A stretch of DNA of 63,819 bases, the filler included, from Cercozoa sp. M6MM (lineage: Eukaryota; Protista; Endomyxa: Ascetosporea), in the NCBI GenBank assembly GCA_040357565.1. It is 3 parts of 3 records of this genome, joined end to end, with 100 filler letters (N's around TTAATTAATTAA, not from the genome) between each part and the next. Parts side by side here need not be neighbours in the genome. Positions count along the whole stretch, not along the records: positions 1 to 22,045 come from JBDODJ010000186.1; positions 22,146 to 39,925 come from JBDODJ010000255.1; 1 more part is not named here. One strand, 5' to 3'. The notes below the pieces were generated by a model. That model searched no databases, was not told where the DNA came from, and was given only the letters and a program-made list of their open reading frames with translations. Positions 10,676 through 23,109 of the stretch are shown one piece after another (positions within the stretch are counted from its first letter, which is position 1; each line of letters starts with the position of its first letter). The position numbers and the translations under genes are program-made.

Positions 10676-13600
10676 GTGGACGACAGCGGTCTGGCAGGAT
10701 GTTTTCGCGTCCCTGCACCGGTGATCTTCGATCAGCTTAACAACTGGTCGAACTCTGAGGACCAGCACCATGCAATGCTCAAGTACCTACCCTCGTACCT
10801 GGAAAAGCTCCGCACAGCGGTCTTTGCCGAGTGCTCGCTGCAGATCCCTGAGCAAATGCACGAGTGGCTTGGCTTACACAGGATGACCTTACTCAGGAGG
10901 AAACTCAAGCCCTCTCTCGGTCAGCTGGTGGGTCGCCACGTTAACGTGCTTCTCTTTGACAAGAGGGTGGCCGTTGACGTGTGCAAGTACCATGAGACCA
11001 CACGTGATGCGCTCTCACCCCCACGTGCTGATGAGTGGCGCACCTACGCGATGAGCCTGGCTCAAGCCACTCTCGCTAAGCCGGCACTCAATCAACTCCT
11101 GCCAACGCAAAAAAGCAGTCAGGCACTTCCCAGACGTGCAGCACCATCGGTCTCATCCGAAAGTGTCTCGCACTGGACTCACCTGCGCCCTCTTCGTTGG
11201 TCTGGAAACTCTCTCCGAAAGGAGCTGAGTCAACAACTCAACTCTCTTCAGTGTTTCATCGACATTGATAACGCCTCTTCAGGTATCGTGCTACGATGCT
11301 CATGGTGAGCAAGAGGCATGATGTTGCCCTGCCTCGTCTGCGCCAAGTTCTGAAACACACCACACATCAGCTGTGGTCAGAAAGCACGTTCGCGGTGTAT
11401 TGCAAGTGCATCAAAGAGGCAACCCCGAAAGGCTGAACTGGACAACATCAAAAAGGCGGTGAGCAACCTACGCAAGTCTCACTTGCTTGTGCCAGCTCGC
11501 ACACTCACCGTGCCCACCTCTTCCTTGCCTCACAAGACTGCCAAACCTCGACCAAAGAAAGCTCCGTAACTTCGCACTCGTCAGCTGACTGAGGAAGAGC
11601 GCGCAGCCTACGAGGCACGGACCGGCAAGCCTGCTCCTCCAACCACGTGTCCCTGTTGCAAAACTGGCGTGCACTGGCGTAAGGGCTGTCCTGCCCTTCG
11701 GAAAAGAGACAAACAGGTTTCGAGAGACACAGAAAGTGGTGCGCAAGGTGGTGAAACACCAAAAACCGCAAATCACCTATGTGCCCAGCCATCCTGCCAT
11801 CGAGCGTGTCCATGTGACAGTCCCGCTTCGTACCGGCACACAGATGGTTGATGACGACGTGCTGCCTCCTGCCGCCACAGCACGCTCGCTCCACCTCCGC
11901 AAACCGACCCCTCTGGTGTCTGCGATAACGCAGCCCCTCCATCACCGAGCGACAGTGTCTGCCGCGTCGGCACTTGACCTCCCGGAGACGCTGCAGCGTG
12001 ACACGCTCTCATCAGAGCCCGCACTAACTTCGGTGCTGAAGCTGCGGGGTCGAGCTTCTCCTTCCATTCTATTCTGGTCCACGTTCCTTGTGGTCGTTCC
12101 TGATTCTCATCTTTCACATGACATACTTCTGGGTCAGGAAGGCCAGCAGCAATATGGATTCGATTGGCAGTTGTAAATTCACCACGAACAGCGCTCGTCA
12201 TTCGCTTGCAACATGCGTCGATCTTCTACCCAGCTCCAGAGAAGGTAAGCGCTCTGGTAGCTAGTGAAGCTGGCGTTCGCTCACTGCAGTCGCGAGTGAG
12301 CAACGCTCGCGATGATGCTGCTCGCGCTGGCTCGGCAAAGTTGCCCGTCGCTGCGCTCAGCTCGGATCCGTGACTCTGGTACGTCAAAACATGCTTCCAC
12401 GGTGTCACCGCAACCCTGGCATGCAGAGTTCTAGTACCTCCCTTCGCGGAGCGTCCACTAGAAAATCCTGCACGGTCACCAGCACCGATCGAGAAACGAT
12501 ACCACATTACACCATTAGCGCTAAAGGACACTCGTTCCAAACTGACTACCCTGCTTGTGCCGTGCACAAAGTTGGTTCAGCTACAGCTACACCTACGGTC
12601 AGTCCACCAAACGACACGTTTGTACGGAACATCTGCTGCCAGGCAGCGACGCTGCTCATGCCATGGAGCAGACTGGGGATGTGCTCGGCAATTTCGTCAC
12701 CAAAGATGTCGTGGTGCGCCTCGCGAGACACCTGTGCAAGCTTGCACTGAACATCTTCGTTTTGACGGATCAACCGGGAAAGGTTGAACCCTTTCTGCCC
12801 ACGTTGGCCAACAATAGCGAGAGCGCATCCGCAAGATGAGCACGGTGAAGCTTCGCCTTTTGGACCTGCATACAACATCTCAAGAGCATTGCTGCCATTG
12901 AGCCGTGCACATCACACAATGTGAGGCACAACCCGCTCTCACCAAGCCTCTTGGCAACGGTCTGGTGAAGTTCCGCTTCACAGTCGACCTCAAACTTGCC
13001 AACGAGCGACTCACACCAGCAGCCAACATTCCTATCGCTGACCGCGAAGCTGTCCTGCAAGGGTTCGCTCCCAAAACAAACCCACGCTCTTCATATCGGA
13101 CGCTAGCGACACTGCCATAGGTGGTGCTGTGGCACAGCAAGACGATAGCGGCGCCTTGCACTACATTGCTCTCTTCTCGCGCAAGATGTCACCCACCCAG
13201 CGCAACTGCAGTGCCACGAAGCTCGAAGCACTGGGCTTGCTGCTCACCGTGCGACGCTTCCAGCACTACGCTACGTTACAAAACATCATCTGGTCTGACC
13301 ACAAGTCGCTCCAGCAGGCATTCTTTCCCTCTGGATATGCCATCTTGACTCGCTGGCGACAGCTGATACACAACGCACTCGGAAACTTTCGGGTCGTTCA
13401 CGTTCCGGGCTCTGACAACCTTGTCTGCGATGCGCTCAGCCGCAGTCTCGGCAAGGGTCCTACGAAACAAGCTTTCCGGACAAAGCTCAGACGGGTCAGG
13501 TCTCACCTTCCTCTCGGCGTTCTCGCTGCAGTCGCCGAAACGGCAGTGTCGACCGATGAGCATTTCGATCTGTGCGATACTGACACTCAGTGCGTGATGA

Positions 13601-15520
13601 CAGTTCATGAGAGGGAGTTGTACCATCTAACCCATGGTCGGTCAGCACCGACTGCTACTGCTGACACCATTGGCAGCCTTAGCGGCGGTCACCCATATGT
13701 GGCAGCTTACCTCGTGAGCGTCTCCTGCTTTCATCTGACCTTGTTGAGGACGCTCTCAAGTGCCTAGAGCTGCCAGTGACCGTCCAGCGCGAGGAAGCCT
13801 GCGCACTTAGCGCCATGGAGCGTGCTGCTGCAGAAGCACGCTCACATGGACAATCACCCCCCTGTGCGACGACCACTACCCCCCATGATACCTGACCTCA
13901 CAGTCGAGCTGATCAGACGCGAACAGCAGCTGGACCCTGCGCTCAGCGAACTCAAAATCTCATCGTTCAGCAGACATCCCATCTGTGGTCAAAGAATCTC
14001 CCAGGCACTCAAGCCCTGGAATCATGCGGTGATCGCAAACTCACCCTACATCAACGCTGATGGACCCATTTGCTCGAAGTTCCCTGCTCGAAAAGCTCAA
14101 GCTAAAATTTAGCTTTCAGCAGTTCCAAGAGATAGTGCTCTTACCTCAGACACTGTCTCGACTCGCCCTAAACTTACACCACGAGCACGTCGCAGGCTTC
14201 GCCCTGCACGAACAGTCTAGCGCTATGCTCAAACGCTTGCAGTCTCGCTTCTACTGGCCAAAGATGCGGACTCAAGTTCATGAGCACATCCAAGACTGCG
14301 ACTGGTGTCGTGTCCATCACGGCTTTCCTCGCAAGAAAGCCTTGCTTCACTCTGAAGATATGGATCACGTTCTCAAACCCCAAGATAAGGTGCACTTTGA
14401 CTTTGTCCGGGTCCAACCTGCATTGTCGGGCGAGTCCTACGTCTTCGTTGCGCAAGACAGAGCAACTCGAGCAATCTTCCTCGCCGCGTCCCATCGCGCT
14501 GATGCCAATACAGCAGCCTACAACATGATCAAATTCAGCTCGCTTTACGGACCTCCGAAGCTGGTTGTGCACGACCACGGTCCCGAGTTCATCAATGAGT
14601 TCTTCCGCACCATCCACAAAATAATGGGAACGGACCTCGTGGCTACAACCGTCAGATGGCCTCGAGCGAACCTCGCTGAGCGCCCCAACAGATGAATTCC
14701 CCTTAAAATCAAAGCCTTAGCTGAACGAGCACGAAACTGGCCCGTGCTGCTCCCTGTTGTCAGCATGACGCACAACTGCACCCCTCACTCCTCTACCGGT
14801 GTAAAACCTTTTGAAGCTCTCTTCTACCGTGAGGCACGACCCCTGGTCAGCACGGCCCGAAGAATGCAGCTCGCAACAAAGGTTTACTAGCGCCTCCGCC
14901 CGGTAAATTTACAAGGCGCAGCTTGCCCTTGAGTTTGCGAAGGAGCAAGAGACGGCGGCTAAAGCAGTACAGGAAGCATCCACGCAAGTCGCTGAGTACA
15001 ACCAGCAGCGTCGCGTGCTCGCAGTAAGTTTACCAGGGAATACTCGGTAGGTGAGTTTGTGCGCCGCGACATCTCCTTTCGCATGCCAAACCTACTCGAC
15101 CGTAAAGTCGGACCTCGCTGGGAATAAGGCTGGCGGATCACACGCTGCCTCGGCAAACGGTGTTTAAATTTACGAGATCAAGCGGGATGACAAGATCCTT
15201 CGAGTCATCTTCGCCGAGTCGCAACAGACACGCTGTTCGTGACATCCCGGAGCCTCCAGCCAAAAAAGTCAAAACAGCACTCACTCCCTTCTGCGAGACC
15301 GACGTTTCGAGGGTCCGCTCCTTCTGGAGATCCGCCGAGGGATGCTATGTGTTCACCTCCTGCTACATGATGGCACATCACGCCGCATGTTCTGGAGTTC
15401 TCTCACACGTGACCTCCAAGCCTGTTTCCTCCCAATTCTGCCGCGAGAACTACGCTGCGATGCGTGGAAACTCAACCGTAATTTACACTCAAACTGTACG
15501 AACCAACCCAGCAAATTGAG
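10676..15520 (+). mobile_element. Degenerate Ty3/Gypsy-type retrotransposon (gag-PR-partial RT-RNase H-integrase)
   Basis: CX2CX4HX4C knuckle CPCCKTGVHWRKGC (11648-11689); protease C-terminal DILLG; RT start KFRFTVDLKLAN; RNase H FISDASDTAIGG...SRKMSPTQRNCSATKLEAL...WSDHKSL; integrase HHCC (RFYWPKM..CDWC), VHFDF, HDHGPEF, LAERPNR, HSSTGVKPF. Multiple stops and frameshifts; paired LTRs not identified. Confidence 0.9.
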
Positions 15521-15970
15521 GTGCAAGCTTCATTGAGAACACGCTCCTGGCTCCTCCCACACACCCTCAATCTCTCAACATCGGTCGATGCAGTCCGAGC
15601 TTAGGTCTCGCTGAACCAGCTCGACTTTGACCTGAAGCTAAGACCAAAATACCTCACATCAAGGACACATGCTGTCCGGGTAGGTTGTTCATCGCTCCGC
15701 GCGGTTTTCCTCCCAACAACCTCAAACCGTGGGTTTTACCATCTCTTGTCACTCATTCTATCTACGCGGTTTTCTGTAGAGTCTTGTTCCTACAGGGAGT
15801 TCGATGACTTGGCGCGAATCTCGTTTTTGTCATGTGTCTGCTCGCTTCCCTCCGCCTCGTTTTGGCCGTCTCCTCGCGTCTTCTTCGCGCTTGCGTTGCT
15901 TGTGTCCAGGCTCGTCTCGCGTCGTCGCGTCGCGTCCCCTCGTTCGGTTTGCGTCCGGTCGTGTCGGTTC

Positions 15971-16108
15971 ATTCTCGGAACTACGTTTATTAATTCTCGG
16001 AACTAATGGCATTAATTCTCGGAACCAATCTTAATTCTGGGAACTAAGACGAAGTTAGTTCCGAGAACTAACCGTCCGTATCGGGAACCAAAAATTAATT
16101 CCGGGAAT
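15971..16108. repeat. Array of (TA)ATTCTCGGAAC motifs including an inverted copy
   Basis: At least five direct or variant copies plus GTTCCGAGAACT. Confidence 0.8.
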
Positions 16109-16252
16109 CAGGATGTTGGGGGCGGAGCAAGTACAACTCGACTCGTCAGCCGGGTCGATTGATTGTTGACAGATCGCAGGCGCGAAAACAAGATCACACA
16201 CACAAACAAACTATTATGCTGACACTCGCTCACGCTCTGAGCTGTTCGCGGC

Positions 16253-17357
16253 TCACTGCGACACCACGAGGTGTTCGGGCGGAACGTCCCAAGTTACGTC
16301 GCCTGTCTGCAGGTTCTCGTAAAAGTAGTCACCTGTCAGAACAGCGTCAAGCGTAACATCGTTTGGAAAATGCCCACCATGAACTGCGACGTACCTGAAG
16401 CGGCGTCCAAGTGGCGTGCCCAATAAGGCTCCTCGGCAGGCTGCTGCTGCTGCGCTGCTCTCGGCGCAGGTACGCGCGGGCCGCCACCGCCAGCGTAAGA
16501 CGAAGAAACGGGGGCAGTCTGCTTGGTCGGTGGTCTGTGCAACGGCAGCTTAAGGTCCGTGCTTTCGTCGTTGTACGGGATGTAGAGGTCCTCCCAGGTG
16601 ATGCCACCCGGCGGCAACGGTTCCGTGAAGCCGCTCGCGTCTTGACTGTTGATGATCTGCGCACACAAAGGGATATTTCTCCACTGCACTGTGTGCGTGC
16701 GTGTGTGGTCTCACCGCATTCCACTCGCTCTGCGCCGGCACCGAGAATTGTCTCTCTCGGTTGTAGATGGACTGATGCAGCGCCACAACAAACGGCTCCC
16801 GCGGTGACGGCGCATTGTCGCGAAGAAAGATCTACGGCAGCACAGTCCACCAGTCACATCTCACATCCCACATCCCACCCCCACCTCTCACAGCACGCAC
16901 AGCAACACAGGCACACCTCGAGGTAATTCTCAAACGAGGTCGAGGGAGGCGCCGTTCGCAGCAGGAGGCGCATCAAGTCCCAGCCGCGGCGAGCCGACTG
17001 CTGGTTCGGATTCCTGGAGACCTGCTTGATGATGTGCAGGTATGCCTCGTCTCGCAATTCGGGAGTCGCGACGCACTTTTGCAACAATTCACGGGCCGAG
17101 TTGTCTGCGGACTGCTTGTCTCTGCTCACACGAGACGCGATATGAGAGCACCCCCCACCCCACACCCACAGCCAAAACCACCACCCGAGAGAGAGCCTAC
17201 GTTCTGTCGCCCATGTAGGTTCGCACCAATCGGAAGAGGAGCTTGGCCTCCTTTGTCAGCGCCTTGGCGGTCATGGTGGTGCCGCCTTTCTTTAGCACCT
17301 CGTCAAAGTCGAGCATACTGGCCTGCGCAGCAAGACGAACGCGTATGATTCAACAAC

Positions 17358-17408
<51 letters not shown>

Positions 17409-17418
17409 NNNNNNNNNN

Positions 17419-17466
<48 letters not shown>

Positions 17467-19006
17467 GCAGAAACAGGCGCTACATGGAGGTCCTTGTCGC
17501 TCCAGTTCAGGAAACCGGCCGCGAGCTCGTCCTTCTTCATGCTGAGCAGCTTTTCGGACGCCCAGTACGACGCCTCTTTGATTAGGTCGTAGTTGCGCAG
17601 TGTGAACAGCGCGGCTTGCTTTTCAAACACGCCGTTCTTGAGCTCGATGCTCAACCAGATCTGACGCGCCACATTCTGCGTGCGCACGGCCGCGCGCATT
17701 TGCTCCTGCCGGCGCACGTCGACACCGCGCGCCAACAGTTCGCGGAAGCGCTGCACGCTCTCACTCGCGTAGCCGCTGCCAGCACAAACACACGCCCGTT
17801 CGACACAACCCACACACCGACAAACACACAAACACACACCCACGCACCGACAAACACACAAACACACACCCACACACAGACCCCAGTAACAAGAAAAAAC
17901 AGCGCACATCGCGTCCGCCGACTCGACGATGGACTGCATGTGGTCATCGGCCAGCGTATCCTCGCACGCAGCGATCTCCTCGAGCAGACGCGCGACGCGG
18001 TTGCGCAGGAAGCGGCAGTTGACGATCTGCGGCGACTCGAGGTCGATGGCCACGGCACGCGCAAGCACGGCGTCCATCTGCTCGACGTCGTAGCTCGCCG
18101 ACGCCTCCTGCTCGGCCGCGTGAATGGCGCTGATCTGGTCGTACAGCGCAGAGGCCTGTTGGACTAGGTCGCTCTGTAGACCGACCTCGGCCGCCTTGCA
18201 CAGCGCGGCGTACAGCAGGTTCTCGTCCACCTTCTTAAGGCCATCGCGCGCGTTGTCATGCGCCTCCACGACAGCGTCGCGAAGCGTCTTGACGCGTTTG
18301 TAGAGCTTGTTGGCGTACTCTGTGCCGCAGAAGCACAACGGCACAATACACGAAACACAGACAGACACACGCGCTCACAAGGCTGGAGCGTAGCGGGTTA
18401 CCGTGCATATCGGCCATCTCAATCGCCTTGACGAGCTTCTTCTCGTCCATCGAACGTTCGGCCTCCTCGAGCGCGCGCTTGGTCTCGGGGTCCATCGGCC
18501 GGTTCTCGGCTACAAGGAGCACGTAAGTCCAATGGAAAGGGACAGAACCAACACGAGGACCAGGCACGAGATGGCGTACCCCAGTACTCGAGCTTCTGGC
18601 GCGCCTGCTGGATAACCGGTGACTCGATCTTGAGCTTGAGTGCGCGGCGCACGGTGCTGTGAACCACGAAACAGAACATGCACACATGCGCGCATGCACA
18701 CGCACAGAGGCACGTACCGCGCGAAGCGCTTGAAGAACACCTCGGCATCCGCCGGGTCCATCCTGCAGACCAAACAAGCACAGGCCGATGGACCAGTCCA
18801 GCCAGACAGACACGCCAGCACGTCAAGCAGCCTTACCTGAGAGGGTCCTTGGACATCATCGTCGTCAGGCGCTTCTCCGCGTTGATCTTCTCGACGTAGA
18901 CGGAGCGCTTAAGCTCTGCACAACAACACAGCAACGTCGCGTACAGGGCGAAAGGGAGGGAAGAAGGGCAGAGACACGCGTACCCATCGTCTTGTGCTCT
19001 TCGGCG

Positions 19007-19063
<57 letters not shown>

Positions 19064-20336
19064 GTAGGGGCGAGGGAGCAAGCAGGGGTAAACCTGGGTA
19101 CCGATAAAACACCATCGAGGTGCCGAAGCGAACGTTGTCGTTGAGCTTGGGAAGGTTCATCTGCTGGATAAAGCGCTGTGCCGCGCCCTTCGGGTCGCTC
19201 TCCCACGGCATTCTGCACATGGACGGAAAAGACAACGATGCACAGACACAAGACACAAGACACAGACATCACACGCAACATAGGAAACGCACTTGACAAC
19301 AGGACAGTATCGTGCGGCGAACTCCTTGTACGTCAGACGGAACGGGAAGCCGAGCTTGCGGATCTTAACGGCCTCGAACACACCAGCGTAGGTGAGCTGC
19401 TCGAAGCAGTTCTTGGGCGTGAACTTGAGTGCCTTCTTCTCGTCGTTGGGCTTGACGCAGCGGATGTAGTTGCACGCCGTGGCGTTAAGCGCGGCCATCA
19501 GCGTCTCGAGCTGCTTGCAGAACTGCGTAGCCAGCGAGGCCTTCTTGCGTGTGCTGGTGGCAGCATTCACGGGCTGCGCACAACATACATTCACACACAC
19601 ACACATCCCCCCGCACCAAGGCCAAGGCCAAGGCCATTGTGCGCACAGACAGGAGCGGCATGCCACTGCTTTACCGGGAACAACGTCTGCAACAGGCGCA
19701 CGTTCGAGCTCGCCATGAGTTCGATTAGGTCGACAGTCAGGGTGTCTTTGTTCTTCTCCAAGAAGCCGGCTGTGTCGTACATGACCTTGCCGGCGTAGTG
19801 GTACAGCAGGAAGCACTCCTTTGAAAAGCGCACGTCCTTTTTGAAGAACTTGTTAGACTTGTGCTGCTGCGCCGCCTTGTCCTATGCATGGAAGCACACA
19901 CATACACACATACACCCACACCCACACACGCACACGCACACACGCACACACACACGCACACACACCACACGCATACCATGAAGCCCTGATCGGAGCCTCT
20001 CGGCAGCTTGAGCTCCTCGTCCAAGATGCGAAGAATGCCCACGGGTCTGCACGACAGATGCGTTGATAAGAGGCCACTCGATTCTCGTGACGCGGCGAGA
20101 CTTACTTTTTGGCGATCAGGTCCAGGATCTCCTGGTTGTCCGTGAAGGCAATGCCCGTCTTGCCGATGCCCTCACGCTGGTACAGTGCCTGCACAACTCA
20201 CCCATACATACAGGATACATACAGGAGACGCGCACAAATGCGGTGGTACCTCCTCCTTCTTGAACACGTTCGTGTTGAAGTTCTGTTGCAGGTTCTCGTT
20301 GGTGAAGTTGATGCACAGCTGCTCGAAGCTGTTTCG

Positions 20337-20417
<81 letters not shown>

Positions 20418-21778
20418 NNNNNNNNNNNNNNNNNNNNNNNNNNNNNNNNNNNNNNNNNNNNNNNNNNNNNNNNNNNNNNNNNNNNNNNNNNNNNNNNNNN
20501 NNNNNNNNNNNNNNNNNTGGGCGCTTGGGGGGGCCGGGGGGACCGGGGCGCGGTTCCGAAGGGGCGGGTATTCCAGGTGTTCCACCTGAACAGGCCGGAG
20601 AATCACCCCCCCCCCCCCCCCCTGCGGCACAGCCCACCAATCGTCTTGCTGGAGGCCGAGCCGCGGCACTGCATGCTGTCGTTAATCTTGCGGACGATCC
20701 AGCTGAACATCTTCGAGTACACGTCCTTCGCGAGCGCGTCGCGGTTCTCGCTGGCCTCCGCAGCGCCCAGCGTCACGTTGACGCGCTCAGCACCGCCGCG
20801 CATGCGGAGCACTCGCTGCCACAGGCACTCTCAGTAACTTACCTCCACTTCACTGGCGACACATACACCCCCTTCAACAATAGCTCTCTTTCTCTACCGC
20901 GAGCAAAGCATTTTGCAGGTCTGTTTCAGCGACTCCAAACAGGTCGGCGGCCTTCTTGAGCGCAGTGGTGTTCTTGATGGTACATTTCTTGGCGCCGACG
21001 GCGTTGAAGCCAATGTTGCCCAGGTGCATGATGGCAGCAGTGATCTACACAAGCACCGACGCGTGCGTGTGCGTGTGTGCGTGTGTGTGTGCATACCTGG
21101 AAAACGTCGTCACGCTCCTGATTGACAAAGTCGAGGGCCTCAAAGGCCTCCACGAGCTCCTCGAAGTCGTTGCGGTCGTCGATAGTGTCGACCGTGGTGC
21201 AGTTGCCTTTCTGCGCAAGGCACAGGCGAATACATACTCGGCCGCGGTAGTAGCACACAGGCTACCGTGAGGAAAGCAAACTGGTCGGCAGAGGCCAGTC
21301 CGAGTCGCTGGCGTTGCGCGCCTTCCAGCGCAGCACACAGCTGGTAGAAAATATGGTAGGTGCGCTCGTTGCGCATGGGCGCCACCACGCGCACCTTCTC
21401 GAGCAAGTACTCGGTGGTGGTCGCGCCGCTCATCTCGCCGTCCGTGGTAAAGGTGATCTCTGCCATGAAGTGGGTGATGTGGGTGCGGGTGAAAGACAAG
21501 GATCACAGGACGATGACACAGGGCACAGCAAGGGCAGTTTTACCGACGTACTTGCCGAAACGCGAGGAGTTGTTGTTGCGCACGGTTTTGGCGTTGCCGA
21601 ACGACTCGAGGATCGGGTTCGACTTGAGCACCTTGCGCTCGATTGAGTTGACAGAGCCCGCGATGGCGGCCAGGTACTGGAGCACCTGCTTGCAGCACTC
21701 GGTCTTGCCGGCGCCGGATTCGCCCGAGATGACCACCGACTGCGACATGCCGCTGTCGAACGACATTCCTGCGGCACG

Positions 21779-21821
<43 letters not shown>

Positions 21822-22030
21822 TCGCATACACCCCGCACAACAGGTACACGCGCACCTTTGTAGGCAGCGTCGGCGATAACATACACATGCGCTACGAAAA
21901 GCACGCACAGGGGTTAGAACAACAGGGACAGGGTGTTCATGTCAGGTCCACATGCAGGCACACAAGCGCGAACTCAAGAGGCAACTCACGCGGCACGTCC
22001 CGATACTCGTTGAGTCCGTCAATGTACTCC
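16253..22030 (-). CDS. Unconventional myosin with MyTH4 and C-terminal WW domain (class IV-like); 5' end lost in gap
   Basis: P-loop [61 protein letters not shown]; MyTH4 [12 protein letters not shown]...RGWDLM...PPS. After intron 16333-16394 the last exon gives [27 protein letters not shown] (WW), stop at 16253. Confidence 0.93.
17363..17465. repeat. Intronic (CA)n microsatellite with assembly gap; similar tracts at about 19010-19061, 20340-20417 and 21783-21818
   Basis: Seen directly, inside myosin introns. Confidence 0.95.
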
Positions 22031-22045
22031 TGCAAAGGCACACAC

Positions 22046-22145
22046 NNNNNNNNNNNNNNNNNNNNNNNNNNNNNNNNNNNNNNNNNNNNTTAATTAATTA
22101 ANNNNNNNNNNNNNNNNNNNNNNNNNNNNNNNNNNNNNNNNNNNN
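22046..22145. other. Artificial contig-joining spacer N44-TTAATTAATTAA-N44
   Basis: Six-frame-stop 12-mer centred in exactly 100 bp; identical construct at 39926-40025. Confidence 0.95.
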
Positions 22146-22167
22146 ATCACCAGCTTTTGTTTGACAG

Positions 22168-22933
22168 GAAGAGTGCTTCCAATCATGCACCAAGGTCGGC
22201 ACTGGCTTTACTGATGGTACACTCAGTTTGTCTAGCACTCCTTTAAGAAATATATCTTTGATTGAACAGACGACTTGAAAACACTCAAGACTCGACTGGA
22301 CCCTCTGGTGGTCGAAGATCGACCTGTACTATACATACAGTCCAACATGTCTCTGTGTACTTAGGGTTGTTTTTGTGTAGACGGATGTGGCGACTGGCTA
22401 CAAACCTGACGTGTGGTTCCGTCCAGTGGTTGTCATGGAGATCAAGTGTGCCGACATTCAAGGTCTCACTTTCTGCTTTACCAAAATAGCCTGTCTTTAT
22501 CTTGTATCCTGTCTTGCAGTCTCGCCAGTCCATCTCGCTGCCGTCGGTCGTGTCGACAACGATCGTGGCATTGGGTAACTGTTTAAACCTCTACGTGCAT
22601 CCTCTTTCCAGTTTTGGTTCAGTTTTTCCATTTTTCGTTCAGTTTTTCCCTATTTGGTTTAGCTTAGGTTTTATTGTTCTTTTGGTGTTCAGTTTGCGTT
22701 TCCCTCGCTTTCTGCGACTGCGCGATGATAAAACGGCTGAGAACGTACGTTTGGCTCTCTCACTAAATATGATGTTTTGGCTCTCGCTAAATAAATAAGT
22801 GTCCAAAAATGTTCTTTTTTTTAAATATGATGTTCTTTTTTTTTTGACACAGGCCACGAGTGCCGAGCAGTTGGCCGGCATGTTCCTGGCGCAGCCTGTG
22901 CAGCAGCGACAGCAAGGACCGCCGCGCCGCTAG
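22168..22933 (+). CDS. LIG1: DNA ligase I, C-terminal OB-fold exons (partial)
   Basis: Spliced: [16 protein letters not shown]...[30 protein letters not shown]...[31 protein letters not shown]; TAG at 22931-22933. Confidence 0.9.
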
Positions 22934-23109
22934 CGCTGGCAGATTGGCCGGTTGTGAGCTCCAACGCAATCGCTTTTAAACTTTTAGCAACCATCGCATG
23001 TTCGGTTGGTACTCGACTTGCGTTGCGTTGATGCGAAATGCAACGAAACATTTTCGTTTAAGTCATTGACCGACGCGGCCGGACCGACGAGATTAGCTCC
23101 CACGTCACG

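Noticed and set aside
10676-15520. In-frame stops as evidence of a variant genetic code or programmed readthrough
   Set aside because: Seen only in decayed TEs together with frameshifts; conserved host genes read normally and end in TAA, TAG or TGA.
15971-16108. Repeat-spacer pattern as CRISPR
   Set aside because: Eukaryotic context, units and spacers far too short, no cas genes.
20518-20625. GC-rich Pro/Gly-coding stretch where the myosin switch-2 (DIFGFE) exon is expected
   Set aside because: It sits between an N gap and a poly-C run; most likely low-quality sequence rather than a real switch-2 loss.
22090-22101. TTAATTAATTAA palindrome occurring twice
   Set aside because: Artificial six-frame stop linker.
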